NCBI GenBank assembly: GCA_965649765.1
Contig: OZ287754.1
Coordinates: 1,860,001-1,924,000, forward strand
Length of the DNA: 64,000 nt
Direction of reading: 5' to 3'
Origin: Bispira polyomma
Taxonomy: Eukaryota
How positions within the stretch are numbered: the stretch's first letter is position 1; every line of letters begins with the position of its first letter. This document shows positions 13,171 to 27,716 of the stretch, piece by piece. The position numbers and the translations under genes are program-made. Under the pieces are notes generated by a model. That model worked only from the letters and a program-made list of their open reading frames with translations. It was not told the origin of the DNA and made no database searches.

Positions 13171-15899
13171 TCTGGTAGTCCTGGGACTTTCTACCATTTG
13201 AAGTGTTTCTTCGTTTTTGGTGGCCTGATTTATTTTGTCAGTGTGAATATGACATGATACTCTTGTCGTTTAAATGCTTTATCTGTGTTATCTTTTTTTT
13301 TTTTTTCAAGAGCAGGTTATGTTTTCACCCTTATCCATCACAAGGGCTACTGATTTACATAAAAGTTGGTGGATGGATTGGAGGCATATCCTAGTTTATT
13401 TAATGTATCTGGGTAGAAGGGTTGATCCTGCTATTTTGCTTTACTTTGTTGGCACTGTGCACCTTGGAGTAAATGCCAAATATGTTGTATCCATTTTGTG
13501 CGTATGTTTGTTTTAGCTTTTCCTCTCCTGTTTATTTCTGTTTAACCGGCATCTTGTATTTCTGGTGACAATTCCTAATAAACCTTTGTAAAAAAAACAG
13601 TCTATGCCCCATAAATTATGAGATGATATGATAAATATAAACAATAGAAAAGACAACAAAACACAATCAAAGCGATTGGTTGATGACTTGTGTATCGCTA
13701 TTTGTGGAACCATATTCATTTTAAAAATAATAAATGAATATGACATATTATATAATGTGAGCAGTAAAACCAGTAATATGTGACTAATTAGAACAAAGGC
13801 TGAAGTCTCTTACAATACAGTTACCTAAACATTCTGGATGAAGTGGTTTCAGTGTGATGGCTTCCGGGCACATACTTCCTATCTAATGAGTTTCTCTCAT
13901 AAAACATCTACTACTAAAGTGTGTGTGTACGGGCGGGTCCTTCCTGTAAGTCACACAAATATATTCATCCTGTACGGAGCAGCCCCGACTTTGCAAATGT
14001 GCAAAACATACTCTCATTGCCAAGTAAAAGTTTGGGTTTAAGGTAACTTTCAACAACTGTGCATTATACCCGCTATGATGGAGTATTTCAAATATATGGG
14101 TCAAATACAGAAAAGCTGATACAAATAAGTCAAATACATGACTCAATAAAATAATTCAGACGTCTTCAGACAGCTTGGAATTTTGGCCTTTCATTAATAA
14201 CACACAAAATAGAAAGACATTGCTTTTTCATATTAAAAAATTGAAGTTTTAAGTAACATTTCCTATTCCTATTGTTCCAGAAGTTCTACCAGATAAAGCT
14301 TTCCTTCTTTTATTAGTGGCCTGGTGTATTTTGTGTCAGTTTAGTATGACAGACATTCTTGGGGTTAAATGTTTTATCTGTATTCCCTTTCAACTTTTTT
14401 TCAGAGCAGGTTATGCTTCCACCTTTGCAGCTGTAGGGTTTGTAACCGGGGTTACACAATAACTAATAAATAGATTTACATGAGCTTTGTTGGTGTAAAT
14501 AGATGTATGAGTCAAAGAAGAAACTCCTAGTGTATCTTGGCAAAAAAGGCAGATCATTGGTTTTTATTTACTTTTTACACACTTTAGCTCCTTGTCTGTT
14601 GTATCCATTCTATGTGTGTGTTTGTTTCCTGTTTTGGTCTATTTTTTATTTTCAACACAAACTACCCAGTCCCATCTAAACTGATACATTTATTTTTTTA
14701 TTCTGGACAACAACGCCAGCAATGTATAAAGGGGACTGGCAGGGAATTGGGAAGTGTGTAAAAGTAATACAGGGTGTGAGGTGAGAGCATTGTGCTGGGA
14801 ATCACACTGTATGTAAAGGAGATTTAGCCCATGCATCAATGTTGCTGATTCGAACATTGGCTGATTTTTATAGATAAGTATTTTTGTTAGATTTTGGCCA
14901 ACCACAATATGTTGTTTGTATCTATCACATTTCATTAGTCCTATTGTGGTTTCATGGCTGTCACATCTGTGTCTCCTAGGTGTCATCATACCAAATGATG
15001 CCGCTTTTGTTCTTCTTTTATCCTTGGTGATCGCACACAAATAGTAGAAAAAATAGTCAACAAATTTTCTTAGTCATAAGTTCTTGTTTTTCAGAATTTC
15101 ATTTTAACCTATTCATCCCTAAACATTCAACATAATATTTTAGTCCCGGAACCTATATTAGTCAACACCCCTAATATAATATATATATATATTCCTTTAG
15201 TTCCTTTCAATAGGAAATTGTTGGTACAACATCATTTTTGTTTGAAAAATAAATGTGATGCCGTTATTGCATGCCGGAAGTAGTCTGTGGTGTGTCTCTT
15301 AGTGACTCCAGCAATCTGTAACATATTACCTAAAACATTTCCTTCAGTTTCCGGCGAAAGGGTTGATATGGACATGACATAGTTTGTATCAGAGATATCT
15401 AGGTGAATACATCTAATGGTTGAAGTTCATATTTTCAGTTCAGAGATTAGACTTATGGCAATTTGTTATATCTAATCATTTATTTCGGTTAAAAACCAAC
15501 AATAATAGAATTATCAGTTTATACGATGATGTGTGTTATTTTTAGGTAAATATTGTTTTTAATAACCAAAAAAATAGCTTCAGCTTTGACAATAACATAG
15601 TCGGATCCACAAAGTAAAATGCAGAAATACTTAATGGATGTAACCAGCTAACAGACATAGAGAGGGGTCATTATATGTTAATCTCTGTTAAGACACTGCT
15701 GACTCGAAAGCTGGCCTGGTGTTCTTGATACAACAGAAGATTTATATTTCAATCAGCCAGCTTTTCTGGAAGAAGATACCGTGTGTTACTGAGGCTTTTT
15801 ATCTGACGTTTCTACCTTAGTATTGCACCCATAAAAATAAACATGACTTGGCGATATGGTGTTTTACATCAGGTTACGCATCATAAGTTGCAGATATTA

Positions 15900-16092
15900 C
15901 AGTAGACTCTGTATAGAAGACTCTGTATAAGTATAACCAGTATAAGTCAAAATTAGGTCTCACCAGTTTTGAGATTTCAACATCTGAAAATGCTGTATTT
16001 TTGACATTCTTTTGCAAGTATAAATGGAAGCTAGCTATAACTAGAACCAAATCCTGTGGATATTAGAGGTTCTAGCTACACAGAGTCTACTG
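15900..16092. mobile_element. Tc1/mariner/pogo-type MITE
   Basis: Perfect 13-bp TIR CAGTAGACTCTGT...ACAGAGTCTACTG, flanked by TA on both sides (15898-99 and 16093-94). Confidence 0.85.
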
Positions 16093-17229
16093 TACTTTGC
16101 AATCTATTACTATTACATTTTAGTTGATTACAATTTTTTACTATTACTTTGAAGTTTCACCAAATTTATTACTCTTTTATTCCTTCCACATAAATGTATT
16201 ACATTGTCTACAACCCTGAACAGGGTGTGGCTTAAAAGAAACGTTTTTTTGTTGGACTATAGTTTTCCTCCAAACAGTGTAAGTCGGTGTCGGGCAGCTT
16301 GACAAGTCAGTCATCAAAAGTTTGGGGTTTACAGTAAAATATCATAAATTTTGTTTACTAGCATAGCGACCAGTCACAGGTCGCCTTTCTTTAAGCACCC
16401 TCACTTTTAAGTTAACAAGCAAAGCGTCAACAAGTGGAAAATTTCCCGCCCTCCACCCAACCAAAAGGTTTTATTGTTAAATTTTAATTATATTGTACAT
16501 AATATATATTTCACTTTTACAATGTACTTGTTCGTAATTCTATGATAACTTAGCCTTTTTAAGGCCAGTTTTTAACACTATATGTGTACATCGGGTTAAT
16601 TAATATGTACCCATTAATATTTAAGTGAGACGACTTGATTGTTACACTATATTTTACGAGGTTTTAATTTAATGAACCTATGTGTGCCTATTGGCAGTTA
16701 TAAAAATTTGTATACTGTTAAATTTTTTATGCACAGATGTCATATATGATGTAAATAAAATACCCCAAACTCGTTTTAATTATGTCTTGTCCTTGCTTTG
16801 ACACAACACTAGTCAGCAACTTTTAAGCGACTGAAAACAAATCAACTTAACATAGTTCTAATTAAAGAGGGTTTGACTGTATGGCAATTTAGTATTTTTT
16901 TTTATAAAGTGGATAAGCATACCTCAATGTTGAAAAGTCAAATAATCCAAATTGAATACATTCATACCATTTCAGGTAAATCGGTCCAGTAATATCTGTA
17001 TAAAATCCTGCCTATAAGCAAATCAACAAAACGACTTCAGGCAACAAACTTAACCAGTTTGTTGGATGTAGGACGTCTTGGCATTCAGGTAAACTATCCT
17101 ATGCCATCAGCCTGATGGTCTGGGTTATTGAAGAGGACAAACCTTCATGTAGCAATTTATATATATATATGGGGTACAGCAGAGAATCAGTAAGTGTTCA
17201 AATTAATATAGACAAGGTCACAAGGCTAT

Positions 17230-18560
17230 TTTACTCGGAATAAAAATTATTTATATTTCATAATAAAAAAATAGATGACAATAAGTGATCAGTTTAAGTT
17301 GTGACTTTAAGATCACCATGAAGTGACCTACTTTACTAAAATATGATTGAATGTGGATAAAGCATTAACTTCCGGTATTTAAACTTTTAAAAACTCTATA
17401 GAGTAGATTAAATACAGAAACTAAGCTATTTGCTACCCGGCAAATATGTTCTGTTTGCAAAGACATATAATAGAGTTTCTGAATATTGTTCACAAAACCC
17501 CCCAAAACTATTATTACTAATTTTTACTTTGAAAATATAGTATTTTATGGGTAAAACATTAATAAATATTTGATATTGTATACTTATGACTGAATTATCT
17601 AGCACAGACTTAAAATATGCTTTATAAATATTCTTCAAAAAAGATATGTTTTATTTTGAGGTAACAGGTTTTCCAACTTTAATTCACTCAGTGGGATAGA
17701 GGCTATTTTGTGGTAATTTGAAAACTATGATAAAATCTTTTACATTTAGTATACTTTATTACTAATTCTGCAGTTGCGCTTTAGAAGATGACCAGCATCA
17801 GTAAAGTGCTTTTAGAATGCATAATAATAATACTTTAACAAAGATGTAATATGAAATGGAAAGTTTGGTCTTATATATACAATTTCTGATTATTTCTATA
17901 ATTTAGATAAACAAAAGTTAAATAAAGATCTAATTTGATAATATTGTAATATATTTATATTTACACTATATTTATGTCTGTATTACGTCACATGACATGA
18001 TTTCACCATCTTTATCTACAATTTCTCCAACAAATAAAATACCTCTTTTGGACCAAGTGGGAAAATAGAGCTGCTACTGAGATAAGTGAATTATATCAGA
18101 TACAAGATGGTAGTATTTCTGATATTAAAGTTTGAATTTTACATAGCTTACACTAATATGTTTTATGCTAAAATATATTTTTCTTTGATTTGAGTATGTT
18201 TTGGCACCATTCACCTCCAAGTATGAATCCATTTTTAGGGTCTGGGATAGGATGCTCCACTGAGAATCATACTGATATAAAGCTTTTTGAATCCAATTTA
18301 CCTTCAATGCTTTCTAAACAGCTTACCTTTACAATAAAAAATCGTTCTGTTTTCTGTACCTGACATTCTAATACAATATTTCATACATGGTCATTTTAAT
18401 TTTTACAAAGGTTTGAAATGTATTGTTCTCATTTAAGCCATAACGGTGAAACTAAATAGAGGCACTCCTTACATAGATATGTAAAAATCATTGGTATAAA
18501 CAAATAATAATACAATACTTTACTATAACACAACACACCAGGCCAGAGATGAAAATATAT
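17230..18560 (-). mobile_element. Highly decayed L1/Tx1-like LINE 3' fragments, interrupted by an L2-type tail at ~17770-17832
   Basis: zf-RVT-like GFCEQYSETLLYVF, LKVNWIQK, and KSDEGNLR. An L2-type 3' end, GTTGCGCTTTAGAAGATG...(ATA)n, lies on the plus strand. Confidence 0.45.
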
Positions 18561-21409
18561 TCTCAGATTTCCTTCATCAGATTTGCCACAAACTAAAGGA
18601 CTATTGTTGTTGGGTCCCTTTTGATCCTTTGTATGAAGATGGGGTTGTACTGTCACACTCACTTCACTCATTCTCCAGTCATTTTGTGACAAATACAATA
18701 TTAAAAATATTACTTGGGTCGAAATAAATTTTCAAAATGGTGATAATTATTATTTTGTTGTTGTATTATGTTTCTTGAAGAATTGATAGAAAAGTGAAAT
18801 TTTAAATAAATTTTGTTATTTAAGCATATCACAGAATTGTTTTTTGACAGAAATCTATGGAGCACTTTTTTATTATGAAGTTCAATCCAGAGACACACAC
18901 ACCCCGGTAGGAATTGGATAAGTATATCAGGCTTAACATTATTTGTTTACTAAAGTATCCAGTGATGGTTTCATCCCAATATTTCAACACCCTGCGAGAC
19001 ACTATATAGTTATAGCAGTTATATGTAATATATTACTACAAGTATTTTTCAAGAAAGGATGTGAATCATAACAAATACCCATTTTGAAAACAGTATCAGT
19101 TGTCCACTGTAAAAAACAGTACAGAGCTTATCATTGTAATTTATAAGCAGTTTATAAGGAAGAATTATATCAGTGTTTAATTTGTTGTCTAGTAAAAATA
19201 CTGTAAAACAATACAAGAAATTAATATTTTTGCTTGTGTTTTAATATGTCTCTCTAGTTATAAATCTGATAGTAACATACGTTTCTATTCCAAGCACAAG
19301 AGCCTTGTGACCCTGTCTGTATTAATTTGCACACTTACTGATTCTATGCTGTTCCCCATGAATATTAGCTGTTGTGTGGATGTTTATTGTTCTGAATAAG
19401 TCAGTATATCAGGCCACTGAGATGGCCACTGAGATATTTTTCTTGAGTGCTAAGACTTGTTACATATACCAGGAACTAGTGGTTATAAGTGTCCACTTTA
19501 AAATCACTGGCCTCTCACCCCTGGGGATCGAATCCCAAATAATATTTATTCATCTGTCTACAATTATAGCATATATTATCACAGAGACAATACACATGTA
19601 CTCTGCTTTTGATGTCCCTCATTTGACTTACCACATTGCCATTCAGTAGGGCCTATTATGCTTATTCTGAACCAAATAACCAAGAATAACCTACACAGGT
19701 GGAGTGTGTAAACATTAGTTGGTTGGGTTGTCACCAGAATTACACAAACACTACTAAGCCAAGTTATATGAAATTTGATAGAAAGATTGTACATAAGCCA
19801 AAGAAAAATTCTATTAAATCTTGAAGTGGATCTGGATAGAACAGCAGTTCCAGCGATTTGTCCTTATATTTGCCTTTCTAGTTAAAAATATAAATTAACA
19901 GCAATGTATGAGTGTATAAGGTGTACATTATCCCACTTGTCACCATTCAAGAAAGAAAAGACCATTTATTTTAGCAAAACATAAGAAAAATTTCTACAAT
20001 TGTGACTACCAAATATGTAATTTTTTCAAAGTCTCACTTCTCCTAATCCACAATTTTGACATATACCTGATCTCTGGTCACAAACCTTGTCCCCCATCGG
20101 ACTATTCGTTTGTTACTGATTTGGATATGCACAACATAGGATGCCTGGCTATTGATTGTGGCATCATAGAAGTAAAACTATTAACGTTAACATTTCCTAG
20201 CATATGCATTGCTTTCCTCACATCACAGTTGACTAAGTATTTTTTATATAATAATTTACAATTAGTGATGTGATGTTACCACAAGCATACTCATAACTTT
20301 GGTGATCCTGAATTGAATTACACTTGATTCTCTCATTTGACTATGAACCACCAGATAGTCAAATCATGGCTGTTTTATTTAATGCAGTAAAATGCTGAAA
20401 CTCTAAGAAAACTGTATCTTCTTTTAGAACTAAAGTTGTTTAACCTTTGGTCTTCTATTATAAAAAGAACCAAGTCACCTGTGGTGTCAGATGTGTCATA
20501 ACATAGATTTCAATCTAATACTCTCTCTGTTAGCTTATTGCATCCATTAAGCCATGTAATATAAACACAAGAGTACCCGCTAAACTTGTCTCCATCTTAC
20601 TTTGCTGAAATATCTGGTGTTTTATTACAAAACCCAAACTGAGTTTTCTTTATTAAAACATTTGCAATATTCACTAAAATAACTTACTCGTGATCAACAT
20701 ATAGCATGATAGTTTAATTAAGGTCAGTAAAAGCAAATTCTTCATTCAACAAAAATTCATGCATTATGTTTGTACTTCTTTTTACCTACATGCAAAGTAA
20801 TATCAAGCCTGATATACAAATCCGATGACCTGACATCCTCTTTGCCACACATAAAACCGTAAACCTCACAAGCTTTATGTATCAGATGCTTTGCATGTGA
20901 TACTTTATTGACTTGTTTTGCAGGTAATTCCAAAAGAAAAAAAAAAACTATTATAAAATTTCTGCCACAATATATAGGCCATTGTGTGAGTCTTATGATA
21001 TTGGAATAGTCATGGAAACTTAACTCTCGTGTATTATATTTAAAATTCACATATGGAATCATATTTGTAGTTGCTTTTTAAGATAATTATTCTACAGATC
21101 TTTATAAACATAATCAACCACTAAAAAAACAGTATTCAGAAGTTAGAACATTATCTGCCTCCCACATATGATTTGAAGTGGTATTTACACCACAAGCAAC
21201 CATCTGTCACTATGTCCTATTTTAAGTGACAAGCAACTGAACCATTGAATATCCTCAAAAATTCTGTGTAGGAGTTTATTCTTCATTGTCGGTTTAGTCT
21301 TTTCTTACAGTCGACCATCATAAGTTACTGTCATTCACCACAGTTCTTCAGGTGACACTGGGGATATGACCTAAATGACAGATGACAATCATTTTACAGA
21401 TACTTAGTC

Positions 21410-21790
21410 TGATGCCTCAGATTGGGATTGAACCCAGTTCCTACACATTTTCTAGTAAATGTATTGCACATTGGTCACTCACAGTGATAGATAATGACTG
21501 CTAGTAACTATAGCTGTATACTTATAAAATGCCATTATGTATCTTAATGTTATATAGAGCTCCAGTCTGGGTTTGAACCAGGTTATCTTCATTTCTAATT
21601 AGTTAGTGATACACTAGGCCAGCAAAGATGGTAGATAAGTCAATGTTTGTGGCAGTGCACATCTCAAAACGATCATCTGAGCCACTATGTATCCAACTCC
21701 AACTCCAAAAATCCGGCCTGGAATTTAAACACAGGTCCTAGCATTTCCTAGTGTATGTATTATACAATTGGTCACAGTAGTCCATAATGC
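21410..21790 (-). repeat. Paralogous triplet of tRNA-like units
   Basis: The reverse strand of the middle unit has TGGCCTAGTGT (A box) and GGTTCAAACCC (B box); paralog of 8520-8890. Confidence 0.55.
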
Positions 21791-22173
21791 AAGGTTTGTA
21801 ACAGTGTGAAAAATGTATATTGCAAAGGAAGGAAAAACACATTGCTTCTTGTCATGATAACCAAGTAATGCTGGAGCATGCATGTATTCCATAAATCCCC
21901 TCAAAACCCTTTGTAATCACCTTGACCTGCCAGTTTTATGACTCTTAATATGAAGCAAAGGCAATAACATAGAGAGGGCTGAGGGGAGGTTAGCAGTGGA
22001 TGATTTGGTTCTGATTAAAGGTCAAACCTTTGTGGGTCTTGGGCGATCAGGATTTATAGAAAACAAAATGAAAAAAACTGGCTATATCCCATCTGCTGTG
22101 AGCAAGTTAAAACATGTTCTCATAATCTTAGCAACTGTAATATAATCAAAGCTGCAGGTGCTTCCTAGTTTAT

Positions 22174-23843
22174 TTTTTATTTTTTTTTAGGTTTCATTTC
22201 ATTTATTCACTCTTTTTTCACAAACAATAATAGGTGAAACCTGGGAAGGCGAGAGTGGCAACCCTCCATCAGGTTTTTAACAACAGTTTTATACACAGTA
22301 TGAGTAATATAAACATAATACTTTCAACCATTATAAAGACTAATGTTACCTGAAAACTTTAAGTTACAACATTTATATTACAGCACTACTTGATATAAAT
22401 TATGTCCACCCTAACATTTCTAGAGTTCTTTTTACAGTTAACAACAAAATCATACTAATGTAGGTGGTATACAATACATTCTGTGATACATTTCATATGT
22501 GATCTTCTAGTAGGGTTATCTGCTAGTATAGTTTGATATACTTTACCATAGAATAATATTTGTTGTTTTATATGATCTTTTATACATACTTACTTATAAT
22601 CCATATTGTTGATATACTTTACCATAGAATAATATTTGTTGTTTTATATGATCTTTTATACATACTTACTTATAATCCATATTGTTCAAGCTACATTTAC
22701 ACCAAGTGCTATATATGGCATAGCTTATTATCACTATACAAAGAGCTTTATTCTCATTTACATAGTTATCATCAGATACTCCTAAAATTATGTGCTTTAA
22801 CAATACGTTTAATTTTAAACAATTACTAATAATCGACCCGATCTGCTTTACTCTTGAACAATTATATAGCATATGGCAGATATTATCGGATTGATTACAA
22901 TATGCACACAAGCCTGTAAACCTGTACAATTTCCGTTCCACTTGCACAATTTATCACCACAACTTAATATGTTGTGAAGTATTTTGAATTTAAATTGTGA
23001 AAACTTTTTATATCTAAATGATTTAAAATTTATGAGGTATATTTTTTTCCATCTATTTCTGTCTATTTTCAATTTCTTATTTATTATTAAACTGGAGTAA
23101 AAAAATAACACTAAATCCACTATTATAAATAACATTATTATTTTAAAATTGGTATACAATTTGACAATACTGTTTCCACCACTTTATATAATTAAACGAT
23201 TGGAGAATTTAATTTACTTCTTCCTGTGTGGAAAACACCATAAAGTCAAAAAGTATATAGTTATTGCAGAACATGAAAATGGAGGTTTAAATGTAACCGA
23301 TATTGAATCCAAAATAAGAGATCTGGAGATATTATGGATCCTAAAATTGTTAAACAATCCAAAAAGTAAAGTATTTAGGATTTTACAAATGTATCTTGTA
23401 TCAATTGGCATAGACATTAATCTACTATTACAAATGAATTTCCGCAAAATTGCTGCTTTTGAAACTATTACCAAAATTCCAAAATTTTATCAAGAAATTT
23501 TTATTTCATTTAATAATTGTAAATTAATAAAACCAATCAATAATTTAAATAACACTTAAATAACACTGAAATACACAAGTTATAAAGAAATTAGGAGATA
23601 AATCAAACTGGATAGCAGAATTTTTTACACTTAAAAATATATTTGTAAAATTAGTATGTAAAAAGTATGACACTTCAAAATGCAAATATATTCGAAACAC
23701 AGTGTGAAAAAATGTTGGCTTCTGGGCTAATGGTAAATTTAATCACCCAGATTCTTTTAAAATCAAATGAAATATTGATAAAAAACAAATTTGAAAAACC
23801 CTACATAGCAAATATGTAGAAGAGAAAGGTAGAAATTAAAATA
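22174..23843 (-). mobile_element. L1/Tx1-clade LINE, 5'-truncated with inverted 5' segment; 14-bp TSD
   Basis: TSD GCTTCCTAGTTTAT at 22160-22173 and 23844-23857; T-rich tail at ~22174-22188. The minus-strand ORF2 3' end reads FKFKILHNIL and CAYC...HMLYNC. The upstream ORF2 segment (GGLNVTDIESKI) is on the plus strand at ~23150-23840. A 76-bp tandem duplication lies at 22533-22686. Confidence 0.85.
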
Positions 23844-26800
23844 GCTTCCTAGTTTATGTTACAAAAATTTAAAAGACTTCACTGACTGACAGAAATCTTT
23901 TTTGATAATCTTATAGGGCTTTAATATAAGAGGTTCATACTTAATAGATACTACTGGGGTGAATGCTAAACAGGATAAACTACTTTGTTTTGTACTATTC
24001 ACTGCAAACATTTTGGTTTTGAAATGTGTTCAATACTTGATTTTACAGTGCAATGTACAAAGTTTACATGGTGCTGCAGGAGAGGTAGTTGTAGGTTGCA
24101 GTCTCATCACTGGCATGTGTGTGAAAGTGTGCAGTATATTTTCTGAACACCTGGACTTTGCAGTTGATCCAAAACACCAATATCTAATCATCACATAAGG
24201 TTATTGTCTGAAAAAGCATTAACATTACATAAAGACCATAGCATTTTAACCAAAGATGTAAACTCAGGTTGCATTTATCAACTTAGGCTTAATCAAAAAA
24301 ATCTGACCAAAATCTACCAACAGCAAAACTCCCAATTCTGTTCAACGCTCTTTTGATAAAATATGGAAGATAATTACTATTCACCCATGGTTCTGATCAT
24401 TGGTAATAGTAGATGGAAGTTTCTGCACCATACCATTCTCATTACAATCCCGCCAAATCAGTCCATAACTCTACCACTAAATTCCCGCCAGGGGCTTTAC
24501 TTAGTCCAACAGTAGATATGGTTTATGGCTCCACTTCTTGTAATCATGACCTCAGCCCTCAATCGTTATTACCCCTGGCTTGGTTATTAAAAGGTCATCA
24601 GCCACCACCATCGAGAACAATGATCTCTGGCTATATAAATTATGTTTAAGGCCCAGAGCTGTAGAGGTTTTAATTGTTTTCTAGGAGCTGAGAGAAATAA
24701 TAATGTGTGATGTATACAAGGGATGTTTGACCATAAACCATTTGGGGTGGGGGATTCTGGCAATTCTGAAATCACCAAGGGTGATATTGGTAGATGACAA
24801 TCCATGGCAAAATTTTACTTTACCAATGCCAACAATGACATCATAACTCTCATCTTAAATATATATACTTGGATTTTGTGGTTTTTCTCTCCCAAATATT
24901 AAGATTGGCAATTGCCATAATTTTGGAGTGGTCATCCTGACGGCCTTGGTGGGTGGTCGCATGTAATACTTTGACCTGTAAACTTTAATACTATTGATAC
25001 TATCCATTTCGCTAGATGAAACACATGGAGGTAGCTACACAGTAAGTATTGTTATAATAAACAACCTGCCGATGTATATCTGACACATGGAAGAGATAGA
25101 TGTCAGACAAATATATTGGCTGTTGCGAGTCGACATTGAACAATTCTTTTGTTATCCCAAATATGGTCAAATAAGATCAGATTTAAATTTAAATTTGATA
25201 CACTTATGTAAACTGCATGACTTAATGGAAGGAATCAGACCGCCTCAGACACCTTAGGTTTCTTGCCTTTTGTTAGGACCTCACAAAATAGAGAGACATT
25301 GCTTTTTTGTAATATTAGAAAATTGAAGCTCTAAGTAGTTTTTCCTCGAGAAGACATAGAATGTGTTAGAAAATTTTGGAGACATTCTGTCTGGCTTGCT
25401 AGATTTATATATAGTGTATTGCAATAAATGTGCATTTTACAAATGCTGGTGCCAAACTTTCTCAACACATATGCCCTTGCCGAACCCGAAATACAGAGGT
25501 TGAAGGTGACAGTATTAGAACTTCCCCATCAAGGTCTTTATACCAGTTTAAGATTTCCTACTTCTATTAGTGGCCTGATGTATTTTGTATCAGTTTAGTG
25601 GGACAGACAATCTTGGGGTTAAATGTTTTATCTGTATTCTCTTTTAACCTTTTCCCAGAGCAGGTTATCGCTTCACCCTTGCAGCTGTAGGGTCTGTCAC
25701 CAGAGTTACACAATAACTAAATAACTGATTCATTTAAAATGTGCTATTGATTTCCTAGGTTTCCTATTGTATCTGGGTAGAAAGACAGATCCTGTGTTTG
25801 CTCTTTACTGTTTTGGCAGAGGTCTGTGATCTACTGAGTGACCTTCTAGTTATACAAGAGAAAAAACAGTACAATTGGGGGTTAAATGTAACCAGTAAAA
25901 ACCAAATCTGTTGTATCCATGTAGTGTGTTTGTTTAAGTTTTCTCTGTCCTTTTAATTTCTGTTCTAGCTGTATCTTGTATTTCTGGTGACAATTCCCTC
26001 AACCTGTAACAACAGAAAACCTCTCCCAGTTAAGCTAAAAAAAGTCGTTTTTTATTCCGGACCACAACCCTCCCAATGGAGCAAGTAATAAATACAGGGG
26101 TTGGCAGAGAATTGGAAAGTGTGTAAAAGTAAGGGGGAGATAGGGGAGGGGTTTTGTGATGGGAATCAGAATCTATGTGAAGGAAAATTAACCTATGCTT
26201 CCATGTTGCTGATCCCGACATTGACTGATTTTTATATGTGCTGGTCAGATCAGTCTTTTTGTTAGTTGTTGGCCAATAAAAATATGTTTTTGTGTTCATC
26301 ACATTTTATTAGAATCGGGTTTTGAGAAATAAATATTTCACAAAAATAAAACCCTCCAAAGTCTGCCATGTGTGTCAATTTGTTTGCTCACTGACCAAAA
26401 AAATCAGAAGCTTCTGTTCGCATTTTGCTATACATCTGACATTTTGGCTTGGCTACAGCTGATGCTGGGTGGTATTGGTTGATATGTATATCTGAGAGAT
26501 AGACGTATAGGTTATTAAGATGAACTGTAGGTAGATCAAATTAAAAAAAGTAATTTTATCATTCAAGCTTTGCACTCTTAATCTACAAATCAATAATACC
26601 TTTCAACAACAGGTTTTTCATACTTATTATAAATATAACCAATATATCAACAATTAAAAAAGACAATGAAGCACAACTAAAGCAACCAGGTGGAGACTCA
26701 TATGCAATATCATAGAATGTGAGCAGTAAAATCAGTAAGATGTGACTAATTTGAACAAAGTCTAAAGTCCCCCAGAGTGCAGTTAACTATACATACTGGA

Positions 26801-27299
26801 GAAAGTAGTTTTAGTGTGATCATTTCCGGGCATGTACTTCCAATATAATGAGTTTCTCCCATAAAACATATACTACTAAAGTGTATGTGTGTGGGTGGGT
26901 CCTTCCTATAAGTCAAAGAAATATATTTGTTCTGTACTGAGTAGCCCTGACTTTGCAAATGTGCAAAACTTTACTCTTTAGGTTAATGAATGTTGTCATT
27001 TTCCAAGTAATAGTCAGAGAACATTTCATTAAAGTTTGACTTTAACATCTCTAACTTTCAACAACTATGTATTATATATTATATATAGTTTATATGTGAC
27101 TGAAAAGCTGTACGGATTAGTTGTTCATGCTTCACAGCCATGCTGCGGAATTGTTAGTACAGCAGAACTATTTGTTAAAAAATAAAATATGATAATTGTT
27201 ATTGAATGCCAGACTTAGCCTGTGGTGTGTGTTTTAGCGACTCCAGCTATCTGTCACCTATTACCTGAAAACTTTCTCTTAGTTTCCGGCAACAAGTTC

Positions 27300-27716
27300 A
27301 ATATTATTATAGAATTATAAAAAAAGTCGGAGGACAGAAATGACCAGAAGGGCATCATAGGGGAGAATCGCTAAGATATGGGGATAAACCAGTCGAAACA
27401 GATGTGTCTTGAGTTTACTCCGGAATTTATGAATATCTATTTGTGATCTAATCTCAGCTGGCAACTTATTACACTCATATGGAGCATCAACTTGGTAACT
27501 GTGACTTCCATCTGTCTTTCTGGTCGGGTGGAGGACACAGATAATCAGTTACCATGCATAAGATGACTAGACTGAATAAGGGACTGGAGGTAGAGTGGTT
27601 GACCCAAATTGATTATTGGAATTATAGTTAAATGTGATTCAGTATTACACAGACACCAATGGAGCTTTTCTAAATAAGGAGTGTGTGGGTTCTAAAGCCC
27701 AATTGAAGAACCGCTT
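27300..27716 (-). mobile_element. L2/CR1 3'-end fragment
   Basis: Reverse translation APYECNKLPAEIRS...FRSKLKTHLFRLVYP; empty paralogous site near 15355-15375. Confidence 0.7.

Larger units (their letters stand above)
4880..15670 (+). repeat. Old segmental duplication, copy A (paralog of ~19070-27880)
   Basis: Mostly colinear diverged blocks: 4880-5215~19070-19400, 5260-5410~20590-20745, 8420-9290~21315-22170, 10345-10540~24435-24790, 13070-13580~25460-26010, 13740-14070~26700-27075, 15240-15670~27190-27880. Confidence 0.8.

Noticed and set aside
16328-16881. Second pogo-like MITE ending GGTTTGACTGTA
   Set aside because: Only one convincing terminus was found; the partner TIR is too degenerate.
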